Shown here: positions 29,082 through 38,191 of the stretch, piece by piece
Position numbering within the stretch: the first letter of the stretch is position 1
Layout of the letters: every line of letters starts with the position of its first letter
Assembly (NCBI GenBank): GCA_963520855.1
Contig: CAUQSI010000001.1
Span: forward strand, 184,905 to 248,904
DNA from: an uncultured Candidatus Saccharibacteria bacterium
GTDB lineage: Bacteria > Patescibacteriota > Saccharimonadia > Saccharimonadales > Saccharimonadaceae
Direction of reading: 5' to 3'
DNA: 64,000 bases
Notes under the pieces: generated by a model
The model's database searches: none
Seen by the model: only the letters and a program-made list of their open reading frames with translations
Told to the model about the DNA's origin: nothing
Translations under genes and position numbers: made by a program

Positions 29082-29897
29082 TTATAGCACAATTTTCAAT
29101 AAAGCGAGGCGCGTATTGCCATTTGCTAGGAGAGACTTCTCGGCCTCTAGTACTTTTTGGAGTAATCGGTGCATGGCTGGCGGCTGGGCGGCGTGTTTTA
29201 GCTGGAAATGGATGAAGCGCAGGAGAATGTCGATGAGCTGGAGGGCGCTTGACCGATCGGTGTAGCGCATGGCGCATTTCATGGCTGAGTAGGAGCTGGG
29301 GTGCTCGAGAACATGTTTGGCGTCAGCGGCGATGGCCTGGCGCTCTGCTAATTTTGTAGTGTCGTGGCTCAGCTCGGTGATGAGTAATGGTAGACCAGCC
29401 GCCAGGAATGATATCTGGCGCTTTTCTTGAGGCGTCAGTTTGGTCTTTTCCAGTAGCTGAGCGTCTTGACTGGCGGTGGTGCGGTGGAGCATCAGCTGCT
29501 GGCAGCGGGACTGGATGGTTGGAAGGAGATCTGTACTGGCAGTGGTAATCAAGAGAAAATGAGTATTGAGATTTGGCTCTTCCAGGGTTTTGAGTAGCGC
29601 GTTTTGTGCGGACTCGGTCATGGCGTTGGCTGGGTTGATGATGACGACGCGGCGGACAGAGCTGTAGGTGCGCAGTATGGCCGTCAGATTGCGAATCTGT
29701 TCGGTCGAGATAGTGTTCTTTTGCGGCAGTGGGTTGACGGTGAGGATGTCTGATTGATGGTGTTTTGCCAAATAGCGGGCGACCCCCGCCTCGTCCAAGC
29801 CAGGTTCAGCGATAACCATCAGCGACTGTGGCAAATGGTTTGCTAATTGCTCAACTGTGGTCTGGTCGTTGGTGGAGATGAGAGGTGGCTGGCTCAT
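29082..29897 (-). CDS. holB: DNA polymerase III delta' subunit
   Basis: MTESAQNALLKTLEEP, LLPTIQSRC; degenerate Walker A. Confidence 0.9.
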   Translation of the reverse strand: MSQPPLISTNDQTTVEQLANHLPQSLMVIAEPGLDEAGVARYLAKHHQSDILTVNPLPQKNTISTEQIRNLTAILRTYSSVRRVVIINPANAMTESAQNALLKTLEEPNLNTHFLLITTASTDLLPTIQSRCQQLMLHRTTASQDAQLLEKTKLTPQEKRQISFLAAGLPLLITELSHDTTKLAERQAIAADAKHVLEHPSSYSAMKCAMRYTDRSSALQLIDILLRFIHFQLKHAAQPPAMHRLLQKVLEAEKSLLANGNTRLALLKIVL

Positions 29898-31066
29898 TGA
29901 TGGCTCGGTTCTTTGGTGTTTTGGGCACAATCAGGAAATAGTTCGGTAAATATACTAGGAATAGCCGCTTCAAAGGTTTTTCGTTCACCTGACGGCAGCG
30001 TGATTTCTAACTTGTGGGCGTGGAGCATCAAGCGGCTGGCGTTTGGCTTGCCGTAGACGCGGTCGCCGAGAATTGGTGTATTTAGGTGCGCCATATGGAC
30101 GCGGAGTTGATGGGTGCGACCGGTGGTGGGTTTGAGTTCAATTAGCGCCTGGTTATCAGTTGCTGCCAGTACGCGGTAGGTCGTTTGGGCGGGTTTGCCG
30201 TTGGGGTCGACGCGGAAGGTGCTGGGTGCGGCTGGGTTGCGACCAATCGGTAGGTCAATCTTCGCGGCGGCTAGTTTTGGTACGCCGTCGGTCACTGCGA
30301 GGTAGGTCTTTTTGGTGGTGCGCTGAGTGAATTGCCGTTGCAGGTGGGCGGCAGCGTCAGCGGTTTTAGCGATGATGAGTACGCCCGAAGTGTCGCGGTC
30401 GAGCCGATGGACGATGCCCGGCCGGTCGGTGCCCGAGGCAAACGAAGCCTTGGGACGAATAATTTCCGCCACCGTTGGTTCGGTCGATAACCCGCCTTTG
30501 GCGTGGGTCAGGAGTCCGCTTGGCTTATTGACTACAATTACGTCATCGTCTTCGTACAATATCGGCAGCTCTGCACTGGCCTGCTCCTGCTCTGGCAGCT
30601 TGACGGCAATCTCATCGGTCTCGTCAACCTCAAACTTCGGCGCCGTCACCACTTGATGATTCACCGAAACATGCCCGGCTTTGATGTATTTTTGCCAGAG
30701 ACTGCGCGAAATCGACGGGTCAAATGCCGTGGACAAGTGGACGTCCAGGCGCTGCTTGGTCGGCACGATTCGAAACATCATGACGAATTTGCCCTGAAAT
30801 GGCGTCTCGGTGCAGCTCGCATCAAGCGGGTTTGGTAAAACCTCAGTATTGACGGGCCTACCGGGCCATAATTCGTCAATTGATTCCTCGTCAACGATCG
30901 AGCCGTACAGCACAGCGAAATGTTGCTTGTTTAGGATAAATTCCGCCACAATGTGCGACTCGTCCGTCTGGACCTTCAGATGGCGCAAGGCCTTGACGGG
31001 CGTGTTGTCGTCTGCCAGGTGGTACAATCTGGCGATCTTGAGGACGGTGCGCGGCGAAATTTTCAC
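29894..31066 (-). CDS. rluD: RluD/RluA-family pseudouridine synthase with extra N-terminal domain
   Basis: S4-like RLDVHL...SRS, VNKPSG, HRLDRDTSG, TGRTHQLRVH; GTG start at 31066 is inferred. Confidence 0.88.
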   Translation of the reverse strand: MKISPRTVLKIARLYHLADDNTPVKALRHLKVQTDESHIVAEFILNKQHFAVLYGSIVDEESIDELWPGRPVNTEVLPNPLDASCTETPFQGKFVMMFRIVPTKQRLDVHLSTAFDPSISRSLWQKYIKAGHVSVNHQVVTAPKFEVDETDEIAVKLPEQEQASAELPILYEDDDVIVVNKPSGLLTHAKGGLSTEPTVAEIIRPKASFASGTDRPGIVHRLDRDTSGVLIIAKTADAAAHLQRQFTQRTTKKTYLAVTDGVPKLAAAKIDLPIGRNPAAPSTFRVDPNGKPAQTTYRVLAATDNQALIELKPTTGRTHQLRVHMAHLNTPILGDRVYGKPNASRLMLHAHKLEITLPSGERKTFEAAIPSIFTELFPDCAQNTKEPSHQ

Positions 31067-31076
31067 GCGAGCGTTC

Positions 31077-32123
31077 CTATCTCCGTAGCCCCACGGCCGT
31101 TTGGACGCGGTGCAAGGTTTCATTGGCGACGAGGTTTATGTCGCGCTCGCTCGACTCCAGTTTGCGTTCGATAGCTTGCTCGTCAACTGCCGCCAGACGC
31201 GCTTGGAAATTCGCTAAGAATTCGGTCACTTCATCCGCCACGATTCGCTTAAAATCGCCGTAGCGCTCCATGCCGGTGTATTCGCTGATGGTCTGCTCCA
31301 AGCTGACGTCTCGTCCAGCGTCCTGGCGTACCAGCGTCAAAATCTCCAACAGATTGGAGATGCCCGGTTGGTTGTCGCGGTCGTATTGTACTTTGCCTAG
31401 CGAATCAGTGGTGGCGCTCATGATTTTTTTGTGCGCCGTATGCGGGTCATCGCCCAGGAAAATCACGCCTTTGCCGCTGTCGTCGGATTTGCTCATCTTT
31501 TTGGTCGGGTTCGCCAAGTCCTTGATGCGCAGACCCTGGTCTTTGCCGAAGAATTGATGCTGCTGGGCGACCGGTTTGGGTACGACAAACAAATTGCCAA
31601 ATTTGCGGTTCATCCGCTCGGCAATGTCGCGGGTAAATTCCAGGTGCTGCGTCTGGTCGTCGCCAACCGGCACGTAGGTGGCGCCGTAGAGCAAGATGTC
31701 GGCGGCCATCAGGACTGGGTAGTTGAAGAGACCGACGGAAATCTGGTCGCCGTGAAGCTTGTCAGATTTATCCTTAAACTGCGTCATTCGGCTCATCTCA
31801 CCAAACCCGGTGAAGCAGTCCAAAATCCACGCCAGTTCGCTGTGGGCTGGGACGCGGCTCTGGCGATACAAATGAATCGCCTGGTTATCTAGCGGCAACC
31901 CCGCGGCCGTGTAAATCCGGGCGTTGCTGAGGATGCTGTCATACAACTTGCTGTGGTCAATTGGCGTAGTGAAGCTGTGAAGATCGGGAATGAATAGATT
32001 GATATCAAAATCAGCCGAGCGACGCTTCGCCATATCGACAATCGGCAAAATGGCCCCAAAATAATTGCCAATGTGAATATCGTTGTTGGCGCGCACGCCA
32101 GTGAGGATGACGGGTTTACTCAT
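31077..32123 (-). CDS. trpS: Tryptophanyl-tRNA synthetase
   Basis: HIGN, YPVLMAADIL, VPVGDDQ.QH, KMSKS. Confidence 0.98.
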   Translation of the reverse strand: MSKPVILTGVRANNDIHIGNYFGAILPIVDMAKRRSADFDINLFIPDLHSFTTPIDHSKLYDSILSNARIYTAAGLPLDNQAIHLYRQSRVPAHSELAWILDCFTGFGEMSRMTQFKDKSDKLHGDQISVGLFNYPVLMAADILLYGATYVPVGDDQTQHLEFTRDIAERMNRKFGNLFVVPKPVAQQHQFFGKDQGLRIKDLANPTKKMSKSDDSGKGVIFLGDDPHTAHKKIMSATTDSLGKVQYDRDNQPGISNLLEILTLVRQDAGRDVSLEQTISEYTGMERYGDFKRIVADEVTEFLANFQARLAAVDEQAIERKLESSERDINLVANETLHRVQTAVGLRR

Positions 32124-32130
32124 AGTCCTA

Positions 32131-33093
32131 TTATACCATTGATTCGGCGTGAGGTGTTTTGCGAAATGCCGCAACAAAAAACGCCTCAGTTAGCCCGCCC
32201 GGCATCAGGCGCAGACAGCCGCCTAGGTCATGCGTAAGAACGCGGTTGTTCCACGACTGGACGACGGGCACACGATGTGGCAGCGGTGCGATGTCGATCG
32301 GTATGAGCTCAGCATCAGACTGACGGCGCAGCAGCCAATCGACAACGACTTCGTTTTCCTCTGGCGCCATGGTGCAAGTGCTGTAAACAAGTGTGCCGCC
32401 AGGTTTTAACAGTCGCCAAGCCTCGAGGATGAGGCGCTTTTGCAGGTCACTCAGTCTCCGGATATACGCCACCGACCAGCTGTCAAACAGCGAGGCGTCA
32501 CCAGCGTTCAGGCTCATCAGCCCTTCGCCAGAACACGGAGCGTCGAGAAGGATTTTGTCAAAGGCCTCCAGCTGACGGCGGGAAATATGCCGAGCGTCGG
32601 CTAACATAAACGCGGCCGGGGCGTTGAGACGCTTGAGATTAGCCTGGAGTTTCATGAGGCGCGGCTTGGAATTGTCATTGCACACCAGGTTGGCTCGACC
32701 AGCGGACACGGCTTGCATGTGGCTGGATTTACCGCCGGGCGCAGCGCATAGGTCGAGGATGCGCTCGCCAGCCTCAGGTGCAAGCGCCAGCACCGGCAGC
32801 CAACTGGCGGCATTCTGAATATAGCCGCGGCCGATGTCGGCGAGGTGTTGATAATCAGCGATGTGCTCGGGGACAATTTCATAGCCATCTGGACACCAGA
32901 CAACCTGGCGAGCCAGCAGCTCGGGGGCGACTTCCCCGTCAACCAGCGGATTGAGCCGAAAGCTCTGGGTGCGCGTCCGTGCCAGTATCGTCTCGACCTC
33001 GGCGCGAGACAAGCCACTCCACTGCATTGTGCGATTGATCCAGAGCTCACGTTTTCTCTGGCGCTCCTGAGCTGGATCTTTACGCTTGGCCAT
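32131..33093 (-). CDS. RsmF/NOL1/NOP2 m5C RNA methyltransferase
   Basis: DLCAAPGGKS, FDKILLDAPCSGEG, LVYSTCT..PEENE. Confidence 0.92.
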   Translation of the reverse strand: MAKRKDPAQERQRKRELWINRTMQWSGLSRAEVETILARTRTQSFRLNPLVDGEVAPELLARQVVWCPDGYEIVPEHIADYQHLADIGRGYIQNAASWLPVLALAPEAGERILDLCAAPGGKSSHMQAVSAGRANLVCNDNSKPRLMKLQANLKRLNAPAAFMLADARHISRRQLEAFDKILLDAPCSGEGLMSLNAGDASLFDSWSVAYIRRLSDLQKRLILEAWRLLKPGGTLVYSTCTMAPEENEVVVDWLLRRQSDAELIPIDIAPLPHRVPVVQSWNNRVLTHDLGGCLRLMPGGLTEAFFVAAFRKTPHAESMV

Positions 33094-33901
33094 AGTCGTC
33101 TCCGATTGCGTGCCGATTAATCGCTTGAGCAACAACTTGGCCATAGCGTTTGTCGATCTCATGACTTGCTAATATTTTAGTGACAGCGATGTGTTTCTGT
33201 TTTGCTAATTTTCGTAAGTTTTTATTGATAATGACTGGGTCAAATTGGCCGTAAAATATTTCAACCGGCATCGTCAATTCGGCAATTTCCGTCAGCGCTT
33301 TTTGGTTGATGATGGCTGCGTCTAAGGTGTCGAGAAAGATTTGCAAGTTTGACTCATCGACGAGAAAGCCAGGGTTGAATAGCTTGTATTTTCTGGCAAA
33401 ATCACTGGCAATCACCTTGCCAAGTGCTGGTTTATCGATAATTTTTTGGTATAGACTGCGCAGTTGGCGCTCAGCTAAACGATCCTTGCCCTGTTGGTGA
33501 TACAGCGGCGGGCTACACAGGATAAGCGAATCGATCAGTGAAGGATAATATCGGGCGGCGTGTACCGCTACGAGTGCCCCTAAGCTATGACCGACCAAAA
33601 TGATTCGTCCGTCAACCTTTTGCTGCGCCAAGGTTGCGACTAGTGAATCGACCTGTGTCTTAACATCATACGTCTTCCAGTGCGGTCGCGGCGAATTGCC
33701 AAAACCGAGTAAGTCGACCGCTAGTACGCGAGTCGATTTATCAATCTTACGACGCCCTACAACTCGCTTCCACATGGCTGACGAGCTCCCGATGCCATGA
33801 ATCAATACGACAGTGGCGCGAGGCTGTTTCGGTGTTTGAAAATCATGCACGTATAGTTTATACGGGACACGCAGCCAGCGATGGATTAATCGATCAAACA
33901 T
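33080..33901 (-). CDS. Alpha/beta hydrolase
   Basis: LIHGIG, VDLLGFG.S, GHSLG nucleophile elbow. Confidence 0.9.
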   Translation of the reverse strand: MFDRLIHRWLRVPYKLYVHDFQTPKQPRATVVLIHGIGSSSAMWKRVVGRRKIDKSTRVLAVDLLGFGNSPRPHWKTYDVKTQVDSLVATLAQQKVDGRIILVGHSLGALVAVHAARYYPSLIDSLILCSPPLYHQQGKDRLAERQLRSLYQKIIDKPALGKVIASDFARKYKLFNPGFLVDESNLQIFLDTLDAAIINQKALTEIAELTMPVEIFYGQFDPVIINKNLRKLAKQKHIAVTKILASHEIDKRYGQVVAQAINRHAIGDDYGQA

Positions 33902-33974
33902 TGTATTAGTATACTATGAAAATACCCCGCCTGTACATGACGGAGTATTTTCGAGAATCGGTTTCTCCTCTGTT

Positions 33975-34373
33975 TTAACGCTTGGAGAATTGTTCGCGCT
34001 TGCGGGCGGAACGTAGACCGTATTTCTTGCGCTCTTTCTCGCGCGGGTCGCGCTTTAACAGCTCAGCCTTTTTCAAGACCGGGCGCAGATCAGCGTGAGC
34101 AGCCGTCAATGCTTTGGCGATGCCAAGCTTGATGGCGTCAACTTGACCAGCGAGACCACCACCTTTGACCAAGATGGTAACATCGTATTCCTTTTGCTTG
34201 CTGACGACAGCTAGTGGGTCGGTTACTTCGGCGAGCAAGGTTTTGTTGCCATCCAAGTACTCAGCGGCTGCTTTGCCGTTGATGGTGATGGTACCCTTGC
34301 CAGGAAGCAAGCGAACACTTGCTGAAGCACTTTTGCGTCGTCCCAAGCCGTAGAAATAGGTATCAGTAGCCAT
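33975..34373 (-). CDS. rpsI: 30S ribosomal protein uS9
   Basis: GRRKSA, GGG..GQ, ERKKYG, QFSKR. Confidence 0.98.
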   Translation of the reverse strand: MATDTYFYGLGRRKSASASVRLLPGKGTITINGKAAAEYLDGNKTLLAEVTDPLAVVSKQKEYDVTILVKGGGLAGQVDAIKLGIAKALTAAHADLRPVLKKAELLKRDPREKERKKYGLRSARKREQFSKR

Positions 34374-34374
34374 A

Positions 34375-34806
34375 TTACTTTACCTCAACTTTCTCTGGGG
34401 TTTGTGCTGTGTGAGCATGCTCGCTGCCAGCAAATACGCGCAGGCGCTTGAGGCGTTCTGCTTGCAATTTGTTCTTTGGCAGCATGCCTTTGACAGCTTC
34501 TTCGATAATTCGTTCTGGGTGGCGTTCACGCATTTCTTTGAACTGCGTTTCTTTGATGCCGCCTGGGAAACCGCTGTGACGGTAGTAGTACTTGTCAGTT
34601 TCCTTGTAGCCAGTAACGACGGTGTTTGCAGCGTTGATAACTACGACGTAGTCGCCACCATCAACGTGTGGTGTGTAAGTTGGCTTATATTTACCGGTCA
34701 GATGTTTGGCAATTTCAGTTGCTAAGCGTCCCAGTGGCAATTCGCTCGCGTCAAACAATACCCAGCGGCGAGAAACTTCAGATGGTTTTTGTGAATAAGT
34801 CTTCAT
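34375..34806 (-). CDS. rplM: 50S ribosomal protein uL13
   Basis: LGRLAT, YTPHVDGGD, HSGFPGG, AVKGMLP; start MKTYS at 34806. Confidence 0.98.
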   Translation of the reverse strand: MKTYSQKPSEVSRRWVLFDASELPLGRLATEIAKHLTGKYKPTYTPHVDGGDYVVVINAANTVVTGYKETDKYYYRHSGFPGGIKETQFKEMRERHPERIIEEAVKGMLPKNKLQAERLKRLRVFAGSEHAHTAQTPEKVEVK

Positions 34807-34807
34807 C

Positions 34808-35194
34808 TTATTTCTCCTTCTTTGGCATTGGTTTGATGTCGTCGACAAACTCGATGATTGCCATTTGCGCGCCGTCGCCAACACGTAGGCGGGTGCGTTC
34901 AACGCGAACGTGTCCGCTGGTGCGGCCGCCGAGTTGTGGGGCAATTTCATCAACGAGCTTGTAAGCAGCAGCGCGGGTGCTGAGTGCTGCGATCACCTGG
35001 CGGCGGCTGGCCAGATCGCCTTTCTTCGCCTTGGTGATAATTTTTTCAATGTGGCGCTTCAGCTCTTTGGCTTTCGGCAAGGTGGTCTCGATTTTGCCGT
35101 GCTCGACCAGGCTAGTTGCCAGACCCTTGAGCAAGGCTCGCCGTTGATCACGCTCACGGCCGAACTTGCGCCCTTGATATCCGTGTCTATGCAT
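34808..35194 (-). CDS. rplQ: 50S ribosomal protein bL17
   Basis: IETTLPKAKE, R.GDGA.MAIIE. Confidence 0.97.
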   Translation of the reverse strand: MHRHGYQGRKFGRERDQRRALLKGLATSLVEHGKIETTLPKAKELKRHIEKIITKAKKGDLASRRQVIAALSTRAAAYKLVDEIAPQLGGRTSGHVRVERTRLRVGDGAQMAIIEFVDDIKPMPKKEK

Positions 35195-35196
35195 AG

Positions 35197-36117
35197 TTAA
35201 AACTCCAACTCCGCCATCTTGTCGCGTACTTCATCCAGCGCCTTTGAACCAAAGCCTTTCAATTCTCGCAAATCTTGCTCGGTCAAAGTCACCAGGTCGC
35301 GAATCGTGCGGATTTCATTGTTAATCAGCGCGTTCGTCGTGCGGGCGCTTAGGTTTAATTCTTCGATGGATGTATCCAATTCAGCTTCACTGTCTTCAGT
35401 GGTTGTACCAAGCGCAGGTGCGCTCACAACAGTGGTGCTGCCAGCCAAGGCTGTGTATTGGTTGACCAAGATAGCTGCAGCCTCTTCAAACGCCTCACGT
35501 GGAGTCATGGTGCCGTCAGTTTCAATAGTCATGGTCAATTTGTCCAAATTGGTTTCGTCGCCAACACGAGTTGGATCAACCTTGTAGCGTACGCGCAAAA
35601 CTGGAGTGAAGACTGCGTCCAGAGCGATCATGTCTGAGTGTAGGCGTGATTCGCTTGAGTCCTCAATTGTCTGGTAACCGCGGCCAGCTTCTGCCACCAA
35701 GTCCATGATGACCGTTTTCTTTGGATCATCAATGGTAGCGATGATGTGGTCTGGGTTAACAACTTCTACTTCGCCGTTTGCTTGGATGTCGCCAGCGGTG
35801 ATAACACCACCAGTTTTTTCCAGACGCAGCTCAACTGGCTCGTCAGTGTGAACGCGGAGTCGCACACCCTTCAGGTTCAGCATGATGTCGACAACATCCT
35901 CTTTGATGCCCTCGACCGTGGTGAACTCATGTGTCGCACCTTCGATGCGGAAAGCGACGATTGCGCCACCGCGGATACTGGAGAGCAAGACGCGGCGCAT
36001 TGAGTTACCCAACGTGTTGCCGTAGCCTGAGTGGAGCGGTTCAATCAGAAAGGTTGCACTGGTGTCAGAAACATCTTCGATGCTTGCCAGAGCTGGATTA
36101 TAAATTGCTTTTGCCAT
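35197..36117 (-). CDS. rpoA: RNA polymerase alpha subunit
   Basis: GYGNTLGNSMRRVLLSS, HEF, IEELNLSAR. Confidence 0.98.
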   Translation of the reverse strand: MAKAIYNPALASIEDVSDTSATFLIEPLHSGYGNTLGNSMRRVLLSSIRGGAIVAFRIEGATHEFTTVEGIKEDVVDIMLNLKGVRLRVHTDEPVELRLEKTGGVITAGDIQANGEVEVVNPDHIIATIDDPKKTVIMDLVAEAGRGYQTIEDSSESRLHSDMIALDAVFTPVLRVRYKVDPTRVGDETNLDKLTMTIETDGTMTPREAFEEAAAILVNQYTALAGSTTVVSAPALGTTTEDSEAELDTSIEELNLSARTTNALINNEIRTIRDLVTLTEQDLRELKGFGSKALDEVRDKMAELEF

Positions 36118-36137
36118 AATTTTCCCTAACCCTTCTT

Positions 36138-36758
36138 TTATCGTGAGTAAAACTCAACAATTAATTGCTCGTTGATGTCAGCTTCTGCTTCTTCACGCTT
36201 TGGCTGTCCAGTGATCTCAATTTTCAATTTTTTGACATCACTCTTCATCCAGCTGAGCGGACCTTGAATTGAGTTACTGACAACGTCGTCGATGTGCGTA
36301 AAGTATACCGACTTGGTACTCTTTGGACGTACTTCGATCACATCGCCTGCTTTGACGCGAATTGATGGAATATCAACACGGCGACCGTTCAACAAGAAGT
36401 GACCGTGTCCGACCAGCTGGCGAGCAGCGCGGCGGCTGGTTGCAAAACCAGCACGGTACACAACGTTGTCCAGGCGGCGCTCCAGCAGTTTCAACAGGTT
36501 CTCGCCTGCCAAACCCTCTTGGGCGCGTGTTGCCTCATCCATCAGCCGAGCAAATTGCTTTTCAACCAAACCGTACAGGCGGCGAACTTTTTGCTTTTCG
36601 CGCAGCTGTGTGGCGTACAAACTTGGTTTGCTGTGTCGGCTGTGTGCGTGCTGACCTGGAATGCCAGATTTTCGAGCCAAAACTTTATGTGCTTTTGGAT
36701 GAAGCGCATAACCTTCGCGGCGGCTTTGCTTGACAATCGGTGAATTATCTCGTGCCAT
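36138..36758 (-). CDS. rpsD: 30S ribosomal protein uS4
   Basis: QLREKQK, LERRLDNVVYRAG, ARQLV.HGH, VEFYSR. Confidence 0.98.
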   Translation of the reverse strand: MARDNSPIVKQSRREGYALHPKAHKVLARKSGIPGQHAHSRHSKPSLYATQLREKQKVRRLYGLVEKQFARLMDEATRAQEGLAGENLLKLLERRLDNVVYRAGFATSRRAARQLVGHGHFLLNGRRVDIPSIRVKAGDVIEVRPKSTKSVYFTHIDDVVSNSIQGPLSWMKSDVKKLKIEITGQPKREEAEADINEQLIVEFYSR

Positions 36759-36760
36759 AA

Positions 36761-37150
36761 TTATGCCCTCCGTGCCTTTCGTGGACGAACACCGCCGTGA
36801 GGCACGCCAGTTACGTCCTTAATGCTTTCTACTGAGATGTCGAAAGCGCCAACCGCACGAATAGCGGCGTCACGGCCCAAACCGACACCTTTGACGAAAA
36901 CGTCAACTGATTTCAAACCATACTGAGTTTTCGCAGCTTCAGCAGCTTTTTCAGCAGCAACCTGTGAAGCGTAGGCGGTGCCCTTTTTGCTACCGCGGAA
37001 ACCACATGCACCAGCTGATGAAGCAGTCAACACGTTACCCTTCTTGTCAGAAAAGGTAACAATGGTGTTGTTGAATGTTGCTTGAATATGCAGCTGACCA
37101 GCTGGGACTGATCGGCGCTGCTTCTTCTTGGTAGATTTTGCGTCTGCCAT
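36761..37150 (-). CDS. rpsK: 30S ribosomal protein uS11
   Basis: HIQATFNNTIVT, DVTGVPHGG. Confidence 0.98.
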   Translation of the reverse strand: MADAKSTKKKQRRSVPAGQLHIQATFNNTIVTFSDKKGNVLTASSAGACGFRGSKKGTAYASQVAAEKAAEAAKTQYGLKSVDVFVKGVGLGRDAAIRAVGAFDISVESIKDVTGVPHGGVRPRKARRA

Positions 37151-37165
37151 TTCTTAGTCCTTTCT

Positions 37166-37552
37166 TTAGGTCTTACTTGCTGCTTTTGGTTGTGTACCGC
37201 CCACGGCGATGGCGCGACCCTTGCGAGTTCGTGCATTCGTACGAGTCCGCTGTCCGCGTGTCGGCAGTCCTGCTTTGTGGCGAAGACCGCGATAGGCGTT
37301 GATATCCTTCAAGCGCTTAATGTTGTTAGTTACCAAGCGCTGGAGATCACCTTCGACGGTGTATTCGCTGTCGATAATTTCGCGAATCTTGTTTTCTTCA
37401 GCCTCGGTGAGATCTTTCACCCGAGTGGTCGGCTCAATCTTAGCCGCCGCAAGGATGCTCGAAGCGTGCTTTGGCCCAATCCCATAAATATAGGTGAGCG
37501 CGATTTGCACTTGCTTCTCTGTTGGGATAACTACCCCAGCAATTCGAGCCAT
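37166..37552 (-). CDS. rpsM: 30S ribosomal protein uS13
   Basis: [32 protein letters not shown]. Confidence 0.98.
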   Translation of the reverse strand: MARIAGVVIPTEKQVQIALTYIYGIGPKHASSILAAAKIEPTTRVKDLTEAEENKIREIIDSEYTVEGDLQRLVTNNIKRLKDINAYRGLRHKAGLPTRGQRTRTNARTRKGRAIAVGGTQPKAASKT

Positions 37553-37554
37553 GC

Positions 37555-37695
37555 TTAACCCTGCCTTTGCTTATTCTTAGGTTTTTTCTTGTTGATGACG
37601 CGCAGTCTGGCGATACGCTTGCCCTTTTTACGGCCAACGCGGCGCACGAGTACGTCATCGGGACTGATTTTTCTAACACTTGCACGAACTTTCAT
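37555..37695 (-). CDS. rpmJ: 50S ribosomal protein bL36 (Cys-free, 46 aa; missed by the ORF track)
   Basis: Manual translation [46 protein letters not shown] between infA and rpsM. Confidence 0.93.
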   Translation of the reverse strand: MKVRASVRKISPDDVLVRRVGRKKGKRIARLRVINKKKPKNKQRQG

Positions 37696-37749
37696 AAAGT
37701 GCGTAAATCTCCCTTCCCGAGTAAACCCGAGATTAACGTTAATATTTGA

Positions 37750-37995
37750 CTAGCGACCTTGATGCGGCCGGTCGTCGCGTAGGCGGAAGCTGATTCGTCC
37801 CTTTGTCAGATCGTAAGGGGTCATCTCAACTTCAACCTTATCACCAGGCACCAGGCGAATATAGTGCTTGCGCATTCGTCCTGAAATGTGCGCGATGATA
37901 CTATGGCCATTCTCCAGTTCCACCTTAAATTGAGTATTAGGCAGTGCTTCCACTACCTTACCGATCATTTTGATGACTTCCTTTTGACTCGCCAT
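37750..37995 (-). CDS. infA: Translation initiation factor IF-1
   Basis: [27 protein letters not shown]; promoter TTGTCA-17-TATAAT upstream. Confidence 0.98.
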   Translation of the reverse strand: MASQKEVIKMIGKVVEALPNTQFKVELENGHSIIAHISGRMRKHYIRLVPGDKVEVEMTPYDLTKGRISFRLRDDRPHQGR

Positions 37996-38191
37996 AAGTT
38001 ACAGTTGTCAATTATACAGCACGCAGCGCAGTTTGACAAGGGGGTATTTCCATAAATTTATGTGCTATATGTATTATCTCACAACATTTCTTAGGATAGA
38101 CTTTTTAAGTTTTTTTATATCATTTCTACAAGTTTGTAAATTGCTATTTATAAATTATAATATTGTAAACTTTAACCTATTTTTTAAAATT

